Positions 10,044-19,800 of a stretch of 64,000 bases of DNA are shown here, in pieces (positions within the stretch are counted from its first letter, which is position 1; each line of letters starts with the position of its first letter). Made by a program: the position numbers and the translations under genes. This DNA comes from Acidobacteriota bacterium (GTDB lineage Bacteria > Acidobacteriota > UBA890 > WLXD01): assembly GCA_965205505.1 (NCBI GenBank), contig CBDBHB010000008.1:128001-192000 (forward strand), in the 5' to 3' direction. Below the pieces are notes generated by a model. It was not told where the DNA came from, made no database searches, and worked only from the letters and a program-made list of their open reading frames with translations.

Positions 10044-11125
10044 CTAGTGTAGCGTCTCTAAAATGGCTTTACAGCGATTAACTTTGTCGATGATCTGCTG
10101 GGCGGAAGCACTCCAAACATAGGGCTTGGGATCGTCGTTGTAGTTGGCAATGAAGTTCTCGATGTTTTGGATGAGTGCTTGGACGGAAGGAAACGCAGCT
10201 CGTCGGACGCTTTTTGTTGTCAGCTCAGCGAACCAGCGCTCCACCAGGTTCAGCCACGAGGAGCTTGTTGGAATGAAGTGCAGGTAAAAGCGACGATGCC
10301 GAGACAACCACTTCTTCACATTGGGGTGCGTGTGGGTGCCGTAGTTGTCAACGATCAGATGCAGATCTAGTTCCTGGGGGAACTCGCGGTCGAGCTTGCG
10401 TAGGAACTTCAAGAACTCTTGATGCCGATGACGCGGCAGACACTGACCGATGACGGTTCCGTCCAGCATGTTCAGGGCGGCGAAAAGGCTCGTCGTACCG
10501 TGGCGCTTGTAGTCGTGGGCATGGTTCCGGCACGGCCCTTCTTGAGCGGCAACGACGGCTGCGTGCGGTCCAAAGCCTGAATCTGAGACTTCTCATCCAC
10601 GCACAGCACTACAGCCCGATCTGGCGGATTCATGTACAGGCCGACCACGTCGGTGAGCTTGTCCACGAAGTGGGGATCCTTGGAGAGCTTGAACGTCTTG
10701 ACCAAGTGAGGCTTGAGTCCGTGAGCGTCCCAGATCCGCTGGACCGTGGCGGCACTGACCCCTTGCGCCTTGGCCATCGTTCGGCACGACCAATGAGTGG
10801 CGTTGGGTGGCTTGGTGTGCAACGTTGCTTCGACGATCTGTTTGATCTTGTCCCGGGAGATGGACCGGGGTCGTCCACGTCCCGGCCTGGTCTGCCCCAG
10901 CGCCACGGGACCTGCTTTCTCGAACCGCCTTCTCCACATGATCACAGTCGGCCGGCTGATGCCGAGCTGATCAGCAATCCCGCTATTGGACTCGCCATCT
11001 GCCGCCAGCAGGATGATCCCGGCACGAGTCGCTACTGACTGTGGTGTGCTGGGGGCTCGGAGCCAGGCTTCCAGAACGTCTCGATCCTTGTCCGCGAGCG
11101 CTATCGGTTCTGCTTTTGTGGCCAT
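10044..11125 (-). pseudogene. IS630 transposase, frameshifted near 10519
   Basis: HTH region and [11 protein letters not shown] in one frame; [17 protein letters not shown] and [10 protein letters not shown] in another; ATG[A]CCCACGAC restores the MTHDY motif. Confidence 0.9.
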
Positions 11126-11182
11126 GCGAAGCACAATACAATGGTCTTCATCTAATGTAAAGCTATTTACGATACACTATAC
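10047..11182 (-). mobile_element. IS630-family insertion sequence
   Basis: TA duplication (10045-46, 11183-84); imperfect TIRs TAGTGTAGCGTCTCTAAAAT / TAGTATAGTGTATCGTAAAT; lower GC than flanks. Confidence 0.92.
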
Positions 11183-11975
11183 TAGATCCCGAGTGTTGTA
11201 GCTGTCGTAGGATCTCCAGCGCCTGATCGGCCAGAGCACTGCCCGGTGCCAGTCGGAGCACCTGTTGCAAATGATCGACCGCCTGTTCGCTGGTGCCGAG
11301 ATCTCGATGCGCCAGGCCTCGCAGTAGCTCGCCCCGCGGCGTCGACGGTACAACTCCCAGGCTCTCCAGCGCCCCGAGCGCCTCCTGTGGCCGTCCGTTC
11401 TTGATCAACGCCTCGGCAAGCGACATGTGCATGAGCGGATACAACGGATCGTTCGACGGGACCGCGACGCGCGTCGCCTCGCTGAGGGCCGGGATGGCTG
11501 CTTCAACGTCGCCCTGTCGCAAGTAGACGTTGCCCAAGTTTACCAGCACACGAGCGCGTGAGATGCGAGGGTAGACCGGGTCGTCCAGAGCAGCCCGATA
11601 GTGCTCGACGGCACGCGCCATGTCGCCACGCCGAACCCAGTGGACACCGAACCAGTTATGCGCCTCGGTCAGCTGCGGGTTGATCTGCAAGGCGGAGCGA
11701 AACTCCGCCTCGGCCGACTCGAACTCGTCGAGCTGCGTGTAGACGACCCCCAACCACATCCGCGACTCGGCGTTTTCCGCGTAGATACCCACCGACTTGC
11801 GGAGAGCCACCAACGCCTGGCGGATCTGGTTGCTGGCTATGAACTGAACCGCCAGCTGCTGCAGCTCGGTCGGATCCTCGCTGTTGGCGATCAACGGATC
11901 GATGGCTCGCTGGGCCGCGACTGACGGCACACCGGAGCTAGCGATCAGCAGTGCAAGAGCGATGCTCCGGAGCAT
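11163..11975 (-). CDS. TPR-repeat protein with N-terminal signal/anchor (PilF/PilW-like)
   Basis: Hydrophobic N-terminus; TPR motifs (LGVVY, EAHNWFG, LVNLGNVY); stop codon supplied by the IS630 end. Confidence 0.8.
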   Translation of the reverse strand: MLRSIALALLIASSGVPSVAAQRAIDPLIANSEDPTELQQLAVQFIASNQIRQALVALRKSVGIYAENAESRMWLGVVYTQLDEFESAEAEFRSALQINPQLTEAHNWFGVHWVRRGDMARAVEHYRAALDDPVYPRISRARVLVNLGNVYLRQGDVEAAIPALSEATRVAVPSNDPLYPLMHMSLAEALIKNGRPQEALGALESLGVVPSTPRGELLRGLAHRDLGTSEQAVDHLQQVLRLAPGSALADQALEILRQLQHSGSSIVYRK

Positions 11976-12111
11976 GCGCGTCCCCCAACCAGAGTACGTT
12001 CAGAACCTGATAGCCCCCCACATGGCGATCACCGAGATCGTAGCATGCCCGGTGCGTGGAGGGACCAGAGGACTGCGTACGCCCGGGTGCTCCGTTGGCC
12101 TGACGGCGCGC

Positions 12112-13137
12112 CTAGCCCCACTCCTCGACCAAGGCTCGTGCTAGCAACTCATCGATAGCCTGTCTCGCCGCCTTGCCGCCGTAGAGCACTCGATAGACTT
12201 GCTCGGCGATCGGCATCTCCACCCCGTGGCGTCGGGCGATCTGACGCACTGAGCGCGTTGTGGCGACCCCTTCGGCCACCATCGTCATGTCCCGTGTCGC
12301 CTCATCGAGGGACTGGCCGCGACCGATAGCCACCCCGACACCGCGATTGCGGCTCAACGGCCCGTTGCAGGTGAGCACGAGATCCCCGAGACCTGCCAGC
12401 CCCATCATTGTCTCGGCCCGCCCACCGAGCTCCAGAGCAAGCGTCGTCATTTCTTTCAGACCCCGACATATCAAGGCGGCGCTGCTGTTGGCACCGAGCC
12501 CAAGGCCGGCGACGATCCCTGCGGCCACGGCGATCACATTCTTCAGTGCGCCGGCGATCTCCACTCCGACGATGTCAGCGTTGCGGTAGACGCGCAGCGG
12601 ACCGTAGCTAAGGGCGGTCTGGACGTCCTCGGCGGCTGCCGCATCGGCACAACCGAGGGTCACTGCCGTAGGCTGGCCTTCGGCCAACTCGCGCGCGAAC
12701 GAGGGTCCCGACAACGAGGAAAGAGACCGCACGGAGACCGGGACCACCTCCTGCAACAACTGCGTCATACGCAGGCCACTGTCTTCTTCGATTCCCTTCG
12801 TAGCCGATATCAGGTGTGCCCCGGCCTCGACACACGCCCCCAGACTTACCCACACGTCACGCAGAAAGCGGGAGGGAACCGCGCTGATCACGAGTCTCGC
12901 GCCACCCAACGCTTCCTCGGCTACCGCAGTCACGCGCATTGTTTCCGGGAAGGGAATACCCGCCAAGTAGACGGCGTTCTCGCGCTCCTCGCGCATGCGT
13001 GCCACCTTGCTGGGGTCGTGACCCCAGAGGACGACATCGTGTCCCGCAGAGGCAGTGTGAATCGCCAGCGCCGTGCCCCACGACCCGGCGCCCACCACCG
13101 CGACCGACGTGGCCTGCGGCACCGGTGACCCGGTCAT
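12112..13137 (-). CDS. gpsA: NAD(P)H-dependent glycerol-3-phosphate dehydrogenase
   Basis: GAGSWGTA, TKGIE, SGPSFA, GALKNVIA, GLGDLVLTC, SRN. Confidence 0.96.
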   Translation of the reverse strand: MTGSPVPQATSVAVVGAGSWGTALAIHTASAGHDVVLWGHDPSKVARMREERENAVYLAGIPFPETMRVTAVAEEALGGARLVISAVPSRFLRDVWVSLGACVEAGAHLISATKGIEEDSGLRMTQLLQEVVPVSVRSLSSLSGPSFARELAEGQPTAVTLGCADAAAAEDVQTALSYGPLRVYRNADIVGVEIAGALKNVIAVAAGIVAGLGLGANSSAALICRGLKEMTTLALELGGRAETMMGLAGLGDLVLTCNGPLSRNRGVGVAIGRGQSLDEATRDMTMVAEGVATTRSVRQIARRHGVEMPIAEQVYRVLYGGKAARQAIDELLARALVEEWG

Positions 13138-13733
13138 GGTCGTTCGCTCCCGGCCCGAGCCTCGTTGCCGGCGCGGAGCCGAGCGATGTTGTCAGCGTGG
13201 CGCACGACAACGACGGCCGCCACCAGCACCGCACCCACCACTACCGCCGTCGGCTCACCCGTCACGAGGCCGCCGATCGGCAGCAACAGCGCGGCGCTGA
13301 GCGACGCCAGCGATACCGTTCGAGACCATCCGGCCACCAGCGCGAAGGCTATCAGCGCGACCGCGGAGGCCCACGGGCTCATCACGCCGAAGGCGCCCAG
13401 CATTGTCGCCACCCCTTTGCCACCGCGCCACCGTAGCCAAGGCGTAAAGCAATGGCCCAGTACGGCACCGAGTCCACCGGCAACCGCGACCGCCGGAACG
13501 CCGGTCGCCAACATGCCGCCCAGCAAGACTCCCGCCGCCCCCTTGCCGGCGTCGGCGGCAAGCGTCAGCGCCCAACCAACCGGGCCGAGCACGCGGCCGA
13601 CGTTTGTTGCACCGATGTTGCCGCTACCCACAGAACGAATATCCCCTCGACCAAGCAGGCGCACCAGGAGAAACCCGAACGGCACGCTGCCGACAGCGAA
13701 CCCCGCGACAAGCGCGACGACGGCTGTTCCCAA
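13134..13733 (-). CDS. plsY: Glycerol-3-phosphate acyltransferase
   Basis: GSVPFG, GSGNIGATN, GGKGVAT, HADNI. Confidence 0.95.
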   Translation of the reverse strand: MGTAVVALVAGFAVGSVPFGFLLVRLLGRGDIRSVGSGNIGATNVGRVLGPVGWALTLAADAGKGAAGVLLGGMLATGVPAVAVAGGLGAVLGHCFTPWLRWRGGKGVATMLGAFGVMSPWASAVALIAFALVAGWSRTVSLASLSAALLLPIGGLVTGEPTAVVVGAVLVAAVVVVRHADNIARLRAGNEARAGSERP

Positions 13734-13736
13734 CGC

Positions 13737-14255
13737 TTACTCCTGAACGCGAGCGGGGTCGTGATCGCGCACGACCTCCTCAATGAGGCAACGCAACAGG
13801 CCTCCCGTGGCGGCTCGGCGCACGGCGATGCGATCGCCATCGTATACGCACCGCAGCGCTCGGACTCGGTTGGCTCCCGAAACCACCAGGTAGGCCGTCC
13901 CCACCGGGTCAGGACCATCTGTGGTCGGCCCGGCCCAACCAGTAACGGCCGCCCCGTACGAGCTCCGTGCGAGGTTACGCACACGACCCGCCAGACCACG
14001 CGTGATGGCCTCCGACACCGTGCCGTGCGTACCAAGCTCGTCGGCGGATACGCCGATCAACTGGCGCTTCGCTTCGGCAGTGTAGGCCACCACCGATCCC
14101 CAGAAGCATACCGACGCCCCGGGCACCCTGGTCAGCGCTGCGCCGACTTCACCGCCTGTGCACGACTCCACTACCGCGAGCGTCTCCCCGCCGGCGGTCA
14201 GCATCGCCACTAGGCGCGCGGCGAGCTCGTCGACAGTGTTCAGATCGGCAACCAT
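13737..14255 (-). CDS. CinA C-terminal domain / NMN amidohydrolase (PncC-like)
   Basis: ESCTGG, PGAS..FWGSVVAY, HGTVS, TGWAGP. Confidence 0.88.
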   Translation of the reverse strand: MVADLNTVDELAARLVAMLTAGGETLAVVESCTGGEVGAALTRVPGASVCFWGSVVAYTAEAKRQLIGVSADELGTHGTVSEAITRGLAGRVRNLARSSYGAAVTGWAGPTTDGPDPVGTAYLVVSGANRVRALRCVYDGDRIAVRRAATGGLLRCLIEEVVRDHDPARVQE

Positions 14256-14698
14256 GGCGCCACCAGGTGCACCAACGCCAGTGCGTAAAGGCCAGCAAGC
14301 ACATCGTCGGCCATGATCCCCCACCCTGCCGGCAAGGCCTCGGCCTGACGTACCGGGAACGGCTTAGCGATATCGAAGAATCGGAAGAGGAAGAACGCCA
14401 GCACTCCGGAGCCCCAGCCGCTCGTGCCCAGCAAAGCGACCCACATGCCGGCGAGCTCGTCGACCACCACCTCGGAAGGATCTTCCGTCGCTAGGGATCG
14501 GCTAACGCGGGTTGCGGCCAACACACCGACAACGATCACCACGAGCGTAGCAACGGCCTGGACAGCAACAGGTCGAGCGGCGAGCAGCGTCCAGAAGAGG
14601 GCTACTCCCAGCAGGGAGCCCCAGGTTCCCGGCGGCCAAACGAACCCGATACCCAGGCAACTTGTCAGCAGCCGCGATGCCCAGGTGACCGGGCTCAC
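14240..14698 (-). CDS. pgpA: Phosphatidylglycerophosphatase A
   Basis: PGTWGS, DPSEVVVDE, FRFFDIAKP, GIMADDVLAG. Confidence 0.93.
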   Translation of the reverse strand: MSPVTWASRLLTSCLGIGFVWPPGTWGSLLGVALFWTLLAARPVAVQAVATLVVIVVGVLAATRVSRSLATEDPSEVVVDELAGMWVALLGTSGWGSGVLAFFLFRFFDIAKPFPVRQAEALPAGWGIMADDVLAGLYALALVHLVAPWLPI

Positions 14699-15990
14699 GG
14701 CTCCAGACGCCCGAGCATGCGTGGGAACGGAATTGTCTCGCGCAGGTGCGGCCGGCCGGTGACCCAAGCAACGAGGCGCTCCAACCCCATTCCGAAGCCC
14801 GAGTGCGGCACCGTTCCGTAGCGTCTCAGGTCCATGTACCAGGAGTACGGCTCGAGGGGCAAGCCATGCTCCCGCAACCGAGACTCCAGCAGATCCGGAT
14901 CGTGAATTCGCTGGCCGCCGCCGACCAGCTCTCCGCAGCCCTCTGGGGCGATCATGTCGCATCCGAGCACCAGATCCGGCCGCTCGGCATCCGGTTCCAT
15001 GTAGAAAGGTTTGATCTTGGCCGGGAATCGGTTGATGAAGACCGGACGATCGTAGGCGTCCGAGATGATCGTCTCGTGGCCGCCGCCGAAGTCGCTGCCC
15101 CAATCGAACTCCTCCCCGGCCTCCTGGAGGATCTGCACCGCCTCGTCGTAGTGGAGGCGCGGGAAAGGGCTGAGCACGGTCTGCAGCCGTTGGGTGTCGC
15201 GCTCGAGCGTCGCCAGCTCGCTGGCGCAAGCCGTCAGTGCTCCTTGCACCACCGTGACGATGAAGTCCTCCGCCAGGTCCATGATGTCTTCGAGGTCGGC
15301 GAACGCGACCTCCGGCTCGAGCATCCAGAACTCTGTCAAGTGACGGCGCGTCTTCGACTTTTCGGCGCGGAAGGTGGGCCCGAAGCAGAAGACTTTGCCG
15401 TGCGCCATTGCGCCAGCCTCTTGATACAGCTGTCCGCTCTGCGTCAGAAAGGCTGAACGTCCGAAGTAGTCGGTCTCGAACAGACTCGTCGTACCTTCGA
15501 CCGACAGCGGCGTCAAGACCGGACTGTCGATGAGGGTAAAGCCGCGATCATGGAAATAGTCGCGGCACAGCTTCTCGAGCTTGCTGCGAACACGCAGGAT
15601 GGCGTGTTGCTTTGATGAGCGCAGCCACAGGTGGCGCCGGTCCATCAGAAACTCGATACCGTGCTCCTTGGGGGTGATCGGGTAGTCGTGAACCTGCTGA
15701 AGCACTTCCATGTCGGCTAGACCGATCTCGACGCCGCCGAGAGCGCGATCGTCCGCCTTCACCCGACCGGTGACGATGATCGATGACTCCTGGCCCAGTC
15801 GATCGATCAGCCCCCAAAGCGCCTCGTCGATCTTGCTGCGAACCGCCACCACCTGCACGACGCCGGTGCCATCGCGCACCTGTATGAATGCGATCTTGCC
15901 GCTGGAACGCTTGTTGTAGAGCCAGCCACGGAGACACACCTCCGAATCGACGTGATCGGTGAGATCCTCGACGTAGACGAACGGTGGCAA
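14695..15990 (-). CDS. asnS: Asparagine--tRNA ligase
   Basis: RHLWLR, LTQSGQLY, FRAEKSKTRRHLTEFWM, PHSGFGMGLER. Confidence 0.96.
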   Translation of the reverse strand: MPPFVYVEDLTDHVDSEVCLRGWLYNKRSSGKIAFIQVRDGTGVVQVVAVRSKIDEALWGLIDRLGQESSIIVTGRVKADDRALGGVEIGLADMEVLQQVHDYPITPKEHGIEFLMDRRHLWLRSSKQHAILRVRSKLEKLCRDYFHDRGFTLIDSPVLTPLSVEGTTSLFETDYFGRSAFLTQSGQLYQEAGAMAHGKVFCFGPTFRAEKSKTRRHLTEFWMLEPEVAFADLEDIMDLAEDFIVTVVQGALTACASELATLERDTQRLQTVLSPFPRLHYDEAVQILQEAGEEFDWGSDFGGGHETIISDAYDRPVFINRFPAKIKPFYMEPDAERPDLVLGCDMIAPEGCGELVGGGQRIHDPDLLESRLREHGLPLEPYSWYMDLRRYGTVPHSGFGMGLERLVAWVTGRPHLRETIPFPRMLGRLEP

Positions 15991-16050
15991 TTGCTGGCTC
16001 CGTCAGCGATTGGTAGTGACGGAGAACGGTACCGTTGGACTCAGTACAAG

Positions 16051-17061
16051 TCACGCCGTGAGGCGATCGAAATCCTGCAGCTGCCGCAAGACATCGTCCC
16101 AACCCAGCGCCACCAGGGCGGCGCGGGCGTTCTTCCACGTCCGCGGCGCATAGCGTGCATAGTCGGAATTTCCGGCGATGGTCACCTGGTATCCGAATGT
16201 TCCGAGAGCCTTGAGGCAGCGCTGCACGCCGACCAGGCAGAAGGCCTGCCGGGCCGACGCCGGCAGGCCGGCCGGGCCCGCCGGAATCTCGGCGCCATCA
16301 GAGGCTTCGAGCCGGCAGCGGCAGCCTGCCCAGAAACTCGCCAATGTGGCGGTCGCTACGGCCGGGTCGACGTCGCAGTAGTTGTCCCAGACCAGAGAAG
16401 CCATGTCGTACAGCAGCGGCCCCGGCATGACATCCTGGAAGTCGAGCACCATTAACCGGTTGCCGGTCACCAGCAGATTGCGCGCGTGGTAATCACGATG
16501 GCACAGCGCAAGCGGCTGCCGCTCGACCTCGGATACCAGGCGATCATAGGCTCTTGCCCGACGGCCGCCACCGCCACCGACCCCGAGCCAACCGCGCAGC
16601 GCGTGCTGCTCCATGAAATCAAGCTCCCGGCGGAGCCGAGAAGCGTCCAGGCGCAGATCCGAGTTGGGGGCCACGGCGCGGCGCCCGTGGCGCTGCAAAC
16701 GTACGATGGCCCGTGCCGCCTGACGGTACAGTCGCATGAGTCGTCCCGGCTTCGCCTGGTCGAGCAGTTCGTCGCCGCCGTCTTCTACCAGCAAGGCGCG
16801 AGCACCGACAGATCGCACCCGCGGTACTCGAACGCCGGCGCGCCGGAAGAACTCCGACGTGTTCATGTAGCGGGCCGCACCATCGCGCTCGTCCGGGGGA
16901 TAGACCACCAGAACGCTCGACTCTGCCGCTGTGGCCATGCGAAAGAACCTACGGCTCGACGCGTGACCGGTGAGGCGCTCCAAGTGCGCGCCGGTAGGTA
17001 GCGCCAGACCCTCCAGCACGCCCTCGGCCGCGAGATCGGCGAGTATCGCTTTACCCGTCAT
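16051..17061 (-). CDS. Aminoglycoside-phosphotransferase-fold kinase (AmgK-like)
   Basis: GHASSRRFFR, HRDYHARNL, LDFQD, LKALGTF; coupled to a nucleotidyltransferase. Confidence 0.82.
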   Translation of the reverse strand: MTGKAILADLAAEGVLEGLALPTGAHLERLTGHASSRRFFRMATAAESSVLVVYPPDERDGAARYMNTSEFFRRAGVRVPRVRSVGARALLVEDGGDELLDQAKPGRLMRLYRQAARAIVRLQRHGRRAVAPNSDLRLDASRLRRELDFMEQHALRGWLGVGGGGGRRARAYDRLVSEVERQPLALCHRDYHARNLLVTGNRLMVLDFQDVMPGPLLYDMASLVWDNYCDVDPAVATATLASFWAGCRCRLEASDGAEIPAGPAGLPASARQAFCLVGVQRCLKALGTFGYQVTIAGNSDYARYAPRTWKNARAALVALGWDDVLRQLQDFDRLTA

Positions 17062-18116
17062 GGACGGCTGGCCGGCCGCGACGTGGCGCCAAAGGGGACC
17101 ATTCCCTCGTGCGTGAACACCGCCTCCTCGGCCTCGGTACCGGGCGGTACCGCTACCCCATCCATTACAACCACCCGGTGCAATCGGCACCGCGGCCCTA
17201 CGTTGGCGCCCGTCCAGAGCACGCTATGGGTCACTCGGCTACCGGCCTCGATGCGACAAACATCCGCCGCTACGAGACCCCTCAGTATGCTGCCGTGCTT
17301 GAGGCGTGTTCCAGCGCCGACCAGAAAGGGCGGTTCCAACCGGACGTTCTCTATGTGAGTATCGGGGCTCACGTAACCGCTGCTCAACAGGCGCGTCGCT
17401 CGGGCGTACCCGAGCGACGCGTGGCCGTGTTCCAGGGCCGCGAGCTGAGCATCGATATAGCGGCCCGGATCACCGGCTTCGTACCAGCTGCCGGCTAGCG
17501 GCAGCGCGTGCACCGGGAGCTCGGCGCGCAGCAGCGATCGATACACTGGGTCGACCATGCCAAGCGGCTTGCCCACCGGAAGCGATTCCAACACCTCGCG
17601 CTCCACTAGGTGCACGCCGGAGAATACTCCCTCCACGGTACGCTCGTCCGACGGCGCCGGATCACCGGGAAACGCCAGCAAGCGTCCTGTATCGGTCGCG
17701 GTTACGGTCGGATAACCGCGCGCCGATTGCCCACGGTACAGGCCTAGAGTAGCGAGAGCCCCACTACGATGCTGATGTAGTAGCGGGCCGAGAGCCATGG
17801 ACGAGACCGTGTCCCCATTGACCAGGAGCGTCGTCGCACCGAGCTGATCGAGGACACGCCGAGGCCCCCCGGCGGTGCCGAGCAGACGTTCCTCGACGCT
17901 GTAGCGGATCGTCATGTCGAACGCCCGCCCGCCGTACGTGCCCGCGATTGAATCCGGCTGGTGGTGGAGGTTGACCCAGACCTGTCGAAAGCCGCAGCGG
18001 CGAAGCCAGTCGAGCGTATAGTCGAGGAGCGGTCGGTTCAGAAACGGCACCACGGCCTTGGCGCGATCGTCTGTCAGCGGCCGCAGGCGGATCGCCTTCC
18101 CGGCCGCCAATACCAT
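17058..18116 (-). CDS. Sugar-phosphate nucleotidyltransferase (MurU/GMPP-like)
   Basis: LAAG..RLRPLT..K, LGTAGG, NGD, C-terminal hexapeptide-like repeats. Confidence 0.85.
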   Translation of the reverse strand: MVLAAGKAIRLRPLTDDRAKAVVPFLNRPLLDYTLDWLRRCGFRQVWVNLHHQPDSIAGTYGGRAFDMTIRYSVEERLLGTAGGPRRVLDQLGATTLLVNGDTVSSMALGPLLHQHRSGALATLGLYRGQSARGYPTVTATDTGRLLAFPGDPAPSDERTVEGVFSGVHLVEREVLESLPVGKPLGMVDPVYRSLLRAELPVHALPLAGSWYEAGDPGRYIDAQLAALEHGHASLGYARATRLLSSGYVSPDTHIENVRLEPPFLVGAGTRLKHGSILRGLVAADVCRIEAGSRVTHSVLWTGANVGPRCRLHRVVVMDGVAVPPGTEAEEAVFTHEGMVPFGATSRPASRP

Positions 18117-18169
18117 GACACCGAGCCGTATGCTGTCGAAATGACGCGGTTCGTCTCTCAGGTCTGTCC

Positions 18170-18739
18170 TCAGAACGTGAGGAGCTCCTGTCGCTTGGCC
18201 TCGGCCAGTTCCTCGACGCGCTCGCAGAACCTGTCGGTCAGCTCTTGACCCTGCTTGAGCGCGCGGTGCGCATCGTCCTCTGAGAGTTCCTTGTCGTTCT
18301 CGAGCTGCTTGACCTGGTCGTTCATGTCGCGACGAATCTGCCTTATCTCCGTCTTCCCGTGCTCTGCAATCGTCCCGACGTTCTTGGCCAAGTCGTGCCG
18401 ACGCTCCTCCGTCAGCTCGGGGATCGGCACGCGGATCACAGTTCCGTCGTTGTTCGGGTTCAGCCCCAGGTCCGACTTCAGGATCGCCTTCTCGATGGCG
18501 ACGATGGAGCCCCTGTCGTAGGGCTGCACAACGAGCAGCTGTGGCTCCGGAGCCGCCAGGCTGGCGAGTTGGTTCAACGGCGTCGCTGTGCCGTAGTAGT
18601 CGACCAGCACGTCGTCGAGGACTGCGGTGCTTGCGCGACCGGTCCGAATCGTCCGTAGTTCACGACTCATTGCTTCGAACGCGTCGTTCATCCGCTGCTG
18701 CCCGGCGCGTAACGCCTGCTGGACGCCATCTTCCGTCAT
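18170..18739 (-). CDS. frr: Ribosome recycling factor
   Basis: IRTGRA, DLGLNPNNDG, PELTEERR. Confidence 0.96.
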   Translation of the reverse strand: MTEDGVQQALRAGQQRMNDAFEAMSRELRTIRTGRASTAVLDDVLVDYYGTATPLNQLASLAAPEPQLLVVQPYDRGSIVAIEKAILKSDLGLNPNNDGTVIRVPIPELTEERRHDLAKNVGTIAEHGKTEIRQIRRDMNDQVKQLENDKELSEDDAHRALKQGQELTDRFCERVEELAEAKRQELLTF

Positions 18740-18751
18740 CGCTCGAGCCCC

Positions 18752-19498
18752 TCAGTTGCTATGCGAGTACTCCGCGGGTGCGATTAACGATCCGATCGCC
18801 TCACCGCAGACTGCCCTCACGATATTACCGGATTCCCGCATGTTGAAGATCAGAATGGGGAGCTCGTTCTCCATACAGTGAGCAACGGCCGCTGAGTCCA
18901 TTACCCCGAGTCGACGGCTCAGCACTTCCTCGAACGTGGTCCGCTCGATCAGCTGCGCGCTCGGGTCACTGACTGGATCCGCGGTGAACACTCCGTCGAC
19001 CTTGGTGCCCTTCATCAATACATCGGCGCCCATCTCCAGCGCCCGCAGCGCGGCCGCCGTATCAGTAGAGAAATACGGGCTACCGGTGCCGGCCGCAAAG
19101 ATGACTACGCGACCCTTTTGTAGATGCCGCAGTGCCCGACGACGAATGAAGGGCTCGGCCACCTGGTCCATGCGCAGAGCGGACATGACACGGGTGTCGA
19201 GCCCTGTCTTCTCGAGGGCCTCCTGCAACGCCAAGCTGTTCATTACCGTTGCCAGCATGCCGATGTGGTCGGCGGTGACACGATCGATTCCGAGATCTTT
19301 GGCATTTATGCCCCGGAAGATATTCCCACCGCCGATGACGATGCCCATTTCGTCGCACGCTGAGCGCGCTTCGCGGATCTGCTCAGCGATGCTGTGGGCG
19401 ACCCGGTGATCGATTCCGTAGCCCACCGAGCCCATCAACACCTCGCCGGACAGTTTCAGAAGCACGCGGCGATACGCCGGCCGAGCGTCGTTGGTCAT
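18752..19498 (-). CDS. pyrH: UMP kinase
   Basis: LLKLSGE, GGGNIFRG, GMLATVMN, FSTDTAAALRA. Confidence 0.97.
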   Translation of the reverse strand: MTNDARPAYRRVLLKLSGEVLMGSVGYGIDHRVAHSIAEQIREARSACDEMGIVIGGGNIFRGINAKDLGIDRVTADHIGMLATVMNSLALQEALEKTGLDTRVMSALRMDQVAEPFIRRRALRHLQKGRVVIFAAGTGSPYFSTDTAAALRALEMGADVLMKGTKVDGVFTADPVSDPSAQLIERTTFEEVLSRRLGVMDSAAVAHCMENELPILIFNMRESGNIVRAVCGEAIGSLIAPAEYSHSN

Positions 19499-19589
19499 GC
19501 GACCCGCAAATCCCATCTGCGATAGGCAACGATCATCTGTTTACAGGCCACTTCTAAGAGAAGGCCTAGTTCGGTCAAGGGCAATGTGG

Positions 19590-19800
19590 TGCCCAGCGAA
19601 GAATCGATCTGCACGCCATGCTCCTATTCGCACTCTGGTGGACGAGGATTCAGGTCGTCCGGTGCATTCTGGGGTCCGTCCCGATTCGAGGCGCTGCAAT
19701 CTAGCTGCCGAGCTCGAAGCTCGTAGTGACCTTCGCAGTCGCCCGGACCGGGCGGTCAGATCGATAACCGTTGGGTCGCGTCGCCCTACCGACCTCCTGG
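19590..19800 (-). ncRNA. Candidate bridge/seekRNA of the IS110 element (boundaries approximate)
   Basis: Two stem-loop modules: CUGCGA-[9]-CGAGCU UCG AGCUCG-[9]-UUGCAG and UGCAC..GGACGA/UCGUCC..GUGCG. Confidence 0.6.
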
